DNA of 64,000 nucleotides from Escherichia phage vB_EcoM_JNE01. The translations under genes and the position numbers were made by a program. Positions within the stretch are counted from its first letter, which is position 1; each line of letters begins with the position of its first letter. Of this stretch, positions 61,477-64,000 are shown one piece after another. Below the pieces are notes generated by a model. The model did not search any database. It was not told where the DNA came from and saw only the letters and a program-made list of their open reading frames with translations. Location of the stretch: the sequence record OR670491; one strand, 5' to 3'.

Positions 61477-62156
61477 TGAAAAAGAAACTAAATGAACAGG
61501 GACTACGCCCTAAAGTACTTAAAGACTTAATTCATCCTATTATCAGTGTTGATGAGTATACACCTAAGATTGAAGATGCAAACATTGTTGTTATGTTTCA
61601 AGTACTGAATAACTTCGATGCTGCATATGATTTATCTTCCTTTATTGAGAAGTCACCAATCGACGCAGTGGATACTGAAGCTTCCGAAACTCCAAACCTT
61701 GATGGTCGTTATCAGGTGTTTGTTGAGATGGAACGCAGTGGTGAGTTTCCAGAAAAACTTCTAACATTAATTAAGACAATTGAAAACATTTGTCCAGACC
61801 CAGGCTGGAAGATTCAATTATACGGTGTGAACGATCCTATTGATGTAGACTTTGATGAAGTTCAGGAACGTATTGATTTGGGTATGCCCGAAAAGATTAG
61901 CGAGTTCTTAGACTTTGCTGGTGTATCAGTAATCAAAGAAGGTTCGATGATAACACTACAAACCGCGTATGGTGATTTACATTACAGTACTGGTAGTGGT
62001 TTCGTAAGTGAATCTTATGTACAATCAAAACTAGCTCAAGACACTAAAGTTGATACATCCCGTCTAAGTTCTATCTTAGGTGAAAGCTACAGTGTTCTTC
62101 GTAGCGGTAATCAATACATTGTTGGTAAAGAAGGGAAATACTTGGTGCTGCGATGA
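61476..62156 (+). CDS. hypothetical protein
   Basis: ORF with ATGA overlap. Confidence 0.5.
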   Translation: MKKKLNEQGLRPKVLKDLIHPIISVDEYTPKIEDANIVVMFQVLNNFDAAYDLSSFIEKSPIDAVDTEASETPNLDGRYQVFVEMERSGEFPEKLLTLIKTIENICPDPGWKIQLYGVNDPIDVDFDEVQERIDLGMPEKISEFLDFAGVSVIKEGSMITLQTAYGDLHYSTGSGFVSESYVQSKLAQDTKVDTSRLSSILGESYSVLRSGNQYIVGKEGKYLVLR

Positions 62157-62971
62157 GAATTTTAAACATGTTAAAATCTCTTCACGAAAGTACCAAACTT
62201 CACCAGGATGAGAAGTACAGAAGAAGTACTACAAAAGATTTAGCATGTAGGATGTATATGCGTAGATTTGAAATATCCAGAATTGGGAAGGGATGGGATG
62301 ACATAAAACGTGAAGACATAGATCCAGATGCCATATTCAAAGCTTATATGGCACGAAAGGTTTTCATAAACGAAAAGACATTTTATATTGACAGTGATAA
62401 AGAACTTGAGATAAAATTCACTAAAGGGCTATGGAAGATTTGGAGTTTGGAGACATTTGGGGAATTGCTCCCTGAACCACCAATCCCTGAAACTTACAGA
62501 GAACTGAAAAATATATTTGACAATGGGCACATTCATAGTACATACTCTCTATATGACACAGTTTCTGAAGCTGTGTTTCATGGAGAGTTGAATGGACATA
62601 ACCAGTACTTTAAGAGTATGGTTGAATTTGATTTGTTCTGTCACTTGCCAGGTATCTCTAGTTGGACTTCTGACCAGTACAGAGCCAGTAAAATAGACAA
62701 GCGTAAGTTCTCTGCACAGCGTTTTATGCAAGCTGCAATGGGTATGTACAAGCTAGACTATTTGGGCTGTAGTGAGCCATACAAGCACTTCTGGAAGGAA
62801 CGTGCACAACAGTGTTTGAACTATTGTATAGTACGACTCATGGATGCTTACATCCTTAAGTTCAGAAACGCAACAGTGTATGACATGTCTGAGCCACCAA
62901 AGAACGAAAAGTACCCTCCTGTGAAGAATTTCGCATGGTACAAGGAAAAGAGTAACAAAAGGACGCACTAA
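62153..62971 (+). CDS. hypothetical protein
   Basis: ORF with ATGA overlap. Confidence 0.5.
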   Translation: MRILNMLKSLHESTKLHQDEKYRRSTTKDLACRMYMRRFEISRIGKGWDDIKREDIDPDAIFKAYMARKVFINEKTFYIDSDKELEIKFTKGLWKIWSLETFGELLPEPPIPETYRELKNIFDNGHIHSTYSLYDTVSEAVFHGELNGHNQYFKSMVEFDLFCHLPGISSWTSDQYRASKIDKRKFSAQRFMQAAMGMYKLDYLGCSEPYKHFWKERAQQCLNYCIVRLMDAYILKFRNATVYDMSEPPKNEKYPPVKNFAWYKEKSNKRTH

Positions 62972-62988
62972 TGTGCGTCTTTTTTTTC
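62961..62988 (+). terminator. rho-independent terminator
   Basis: GACGCAC / GTGCGTC stem followed by TTTTTTTT. Confidence 0.65.
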
Positions 62989-62997
62989 ATTTCAGTG

Positions 62998-63026
62998 TTG
63001 ACAGACAAATGAGTAGTCTGTATACT
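62998..63026 (+). promoter_or_regulatory. sigma70-type promoter (TTGACA, 17-bp spacer, TATACT) with palindrome in the spacer
   Basis: TTGACA at 62998..63003; TATACT at 63021..63026; CAGAC...GTCTG inverted repeat in the spacer. Confidence 0.55.
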
Positions 63027-63067
63027 CTTTTATATCGCAAAACATTTAATCTATAAGAGGTCTGGTG

Positions 63068-64000
63068 ATGAAAGGTAAATTCTTCTTCATTGAAAATGGC
63101 AGAGAAATTGAGATTCAAGAGTTTGATTATGACTATGTTCTGAATAGCTTACTTGCAAATTACAAATGGTCAGGTACTAATACTTACACCTATAATGTAA
63201 TTGTAAGTCGTACCTATGATTCATTGGGTAATCCACATTATGATACAAGGAATCTCCCGTTAAATCAGATTTACTTTAACAATCGCAATCTATCTATTTT
63301 TGATATTATGCGAGATGAAATTCATTTCAAAAAACTTACAATTCGCAATCTCCCTTTACCGCCACTAGAGAAAGAATATCGTGAGTGGAAAGAAGGTCGT
63401 ATTGTAAGGAAAAAAGTTGATAACACTCAAGTGGCTGTACCTGCACCTGTAGTGTTACAGAAAAAGAAATTAGATCCTGCTGACCCACGCCTTGCGGATA
63501 TTGATTCTTGGATTAACTATCCAGATTCAGTGAAGCCGGATTCTACCAAAGTACTGGACTGGTTTGTAAACCTACCAGTGTGTGCACAAGAAGTTGGTAC
63601 AAAGATTCAAAAACTGTCAGAACGCCAGATGGATTTGAACTCTGCATTGCATCAGCACAGTGATTATATTCGTTTACTCATGAATAACCTCACTACTGCA
63701 CTGGAGAAGTTGTTCCCATTGAAGCCGTCTTTCACCCAAAAGCTTTTTGGTAAAACGGATATCAAAGTATCATCTGACGATCTACCAAAAGTTATGAAAG
63801 CACTAAACGAAGCAGTGAAGTACGATACTAATAAGTTTAGTGGTTTAGAAAAGCTGTTCGAAGAAATTAAAACTGAAGCAGCAAGTGTTAAAGAAGATCT
63901 TGAATATGGTAAACTCGGATGTGAGTATGCTTTGCGTCGTGTGGATGACCCATTCGAGTATGAATTAACACAAGAACGAATCATGAAGATGAGCATCATC
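63068..64000 (+). CDS. hypothetical protein, 3' partial (runs off the window end)
   Basis: ATG at 63068 with AAGAGG RBS; 311 codons without a stop to position 64000; absent from the ORF track because it has no stop. Confidence 0.5.
   Translation, partial: MKGKFFFIENGREIEIQEFDYDYVLNSLLANYKWSGTNTYTYNVIVSRTYDSLGNPHYDTRNLPLNQIYFNNRNLSIFDIMRDEIHFKKLTIRNLPLPPLEKEYREWKEGRIVRKKVDNTQVAVPAPVVLQKKKLDPADPRLADIDSWINYPDSVKPDSTKVLDWFVNLPVCAQEVGTKIQKLSERQMDLNSALHQHSDYIRLLMNNLTTALEKLFPLKPSFTQKLFGKTDIKVSSDDLPKVMKALNEAVKYDTNKFSGLEKLFEEIKTEAASVKEDLEYGKLGCEYALRRVDDPFEYELTQERIMKMSII

Overview
This window is a densely packed, almost entirely plus-strand segment of a T4-like (T-even-related) myovirus genome, about 39-40% GC by eye. 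It carries the replication, recombination and nucleotide-metabolism core: family B DNA polymerase, sliding clamp, gp32 SSB, UvsX/UvsY/UvsW, primase plus DnaB-like helicase, Dda helicase, T4-type RNase H and RNase HI, topoisomerase II (gp39 and gp52), clamp loader gp44, NrdA/NrdB, DHFR and a HAD 5'-nucleotidase. Interleaved are a tail fiber with HxH motifs and its putative chaperone, a large terminase split by a LAGLIDADG intein in its Walker A motif, two GroES-type co-chaperonins, and many small unknown ORFs. Only two minus-strand islands exist: a tandem pair of paralogous putative structural proteins (9.9-11.2 kb) and a tandem pair of T-holin-like membrane proteins (42.2-43.6 kb). The most unusual items are a full-length homolog of bacterial translation initiation factor IF3 with its own sigma70 promoter, the intein, a 7x tandem-repeat protein inserted between nrdA and nrdB, a strongly acidic early protein, and a dispersed family of extended -10 promoters (TGATATAAT) paired with hairpins, three of them in tandem upstream of gene 32. 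All calls rest on motif and fold-level recognition by eye; no database search was run. No tRNA, rRNA or CRISPR array was recognised.
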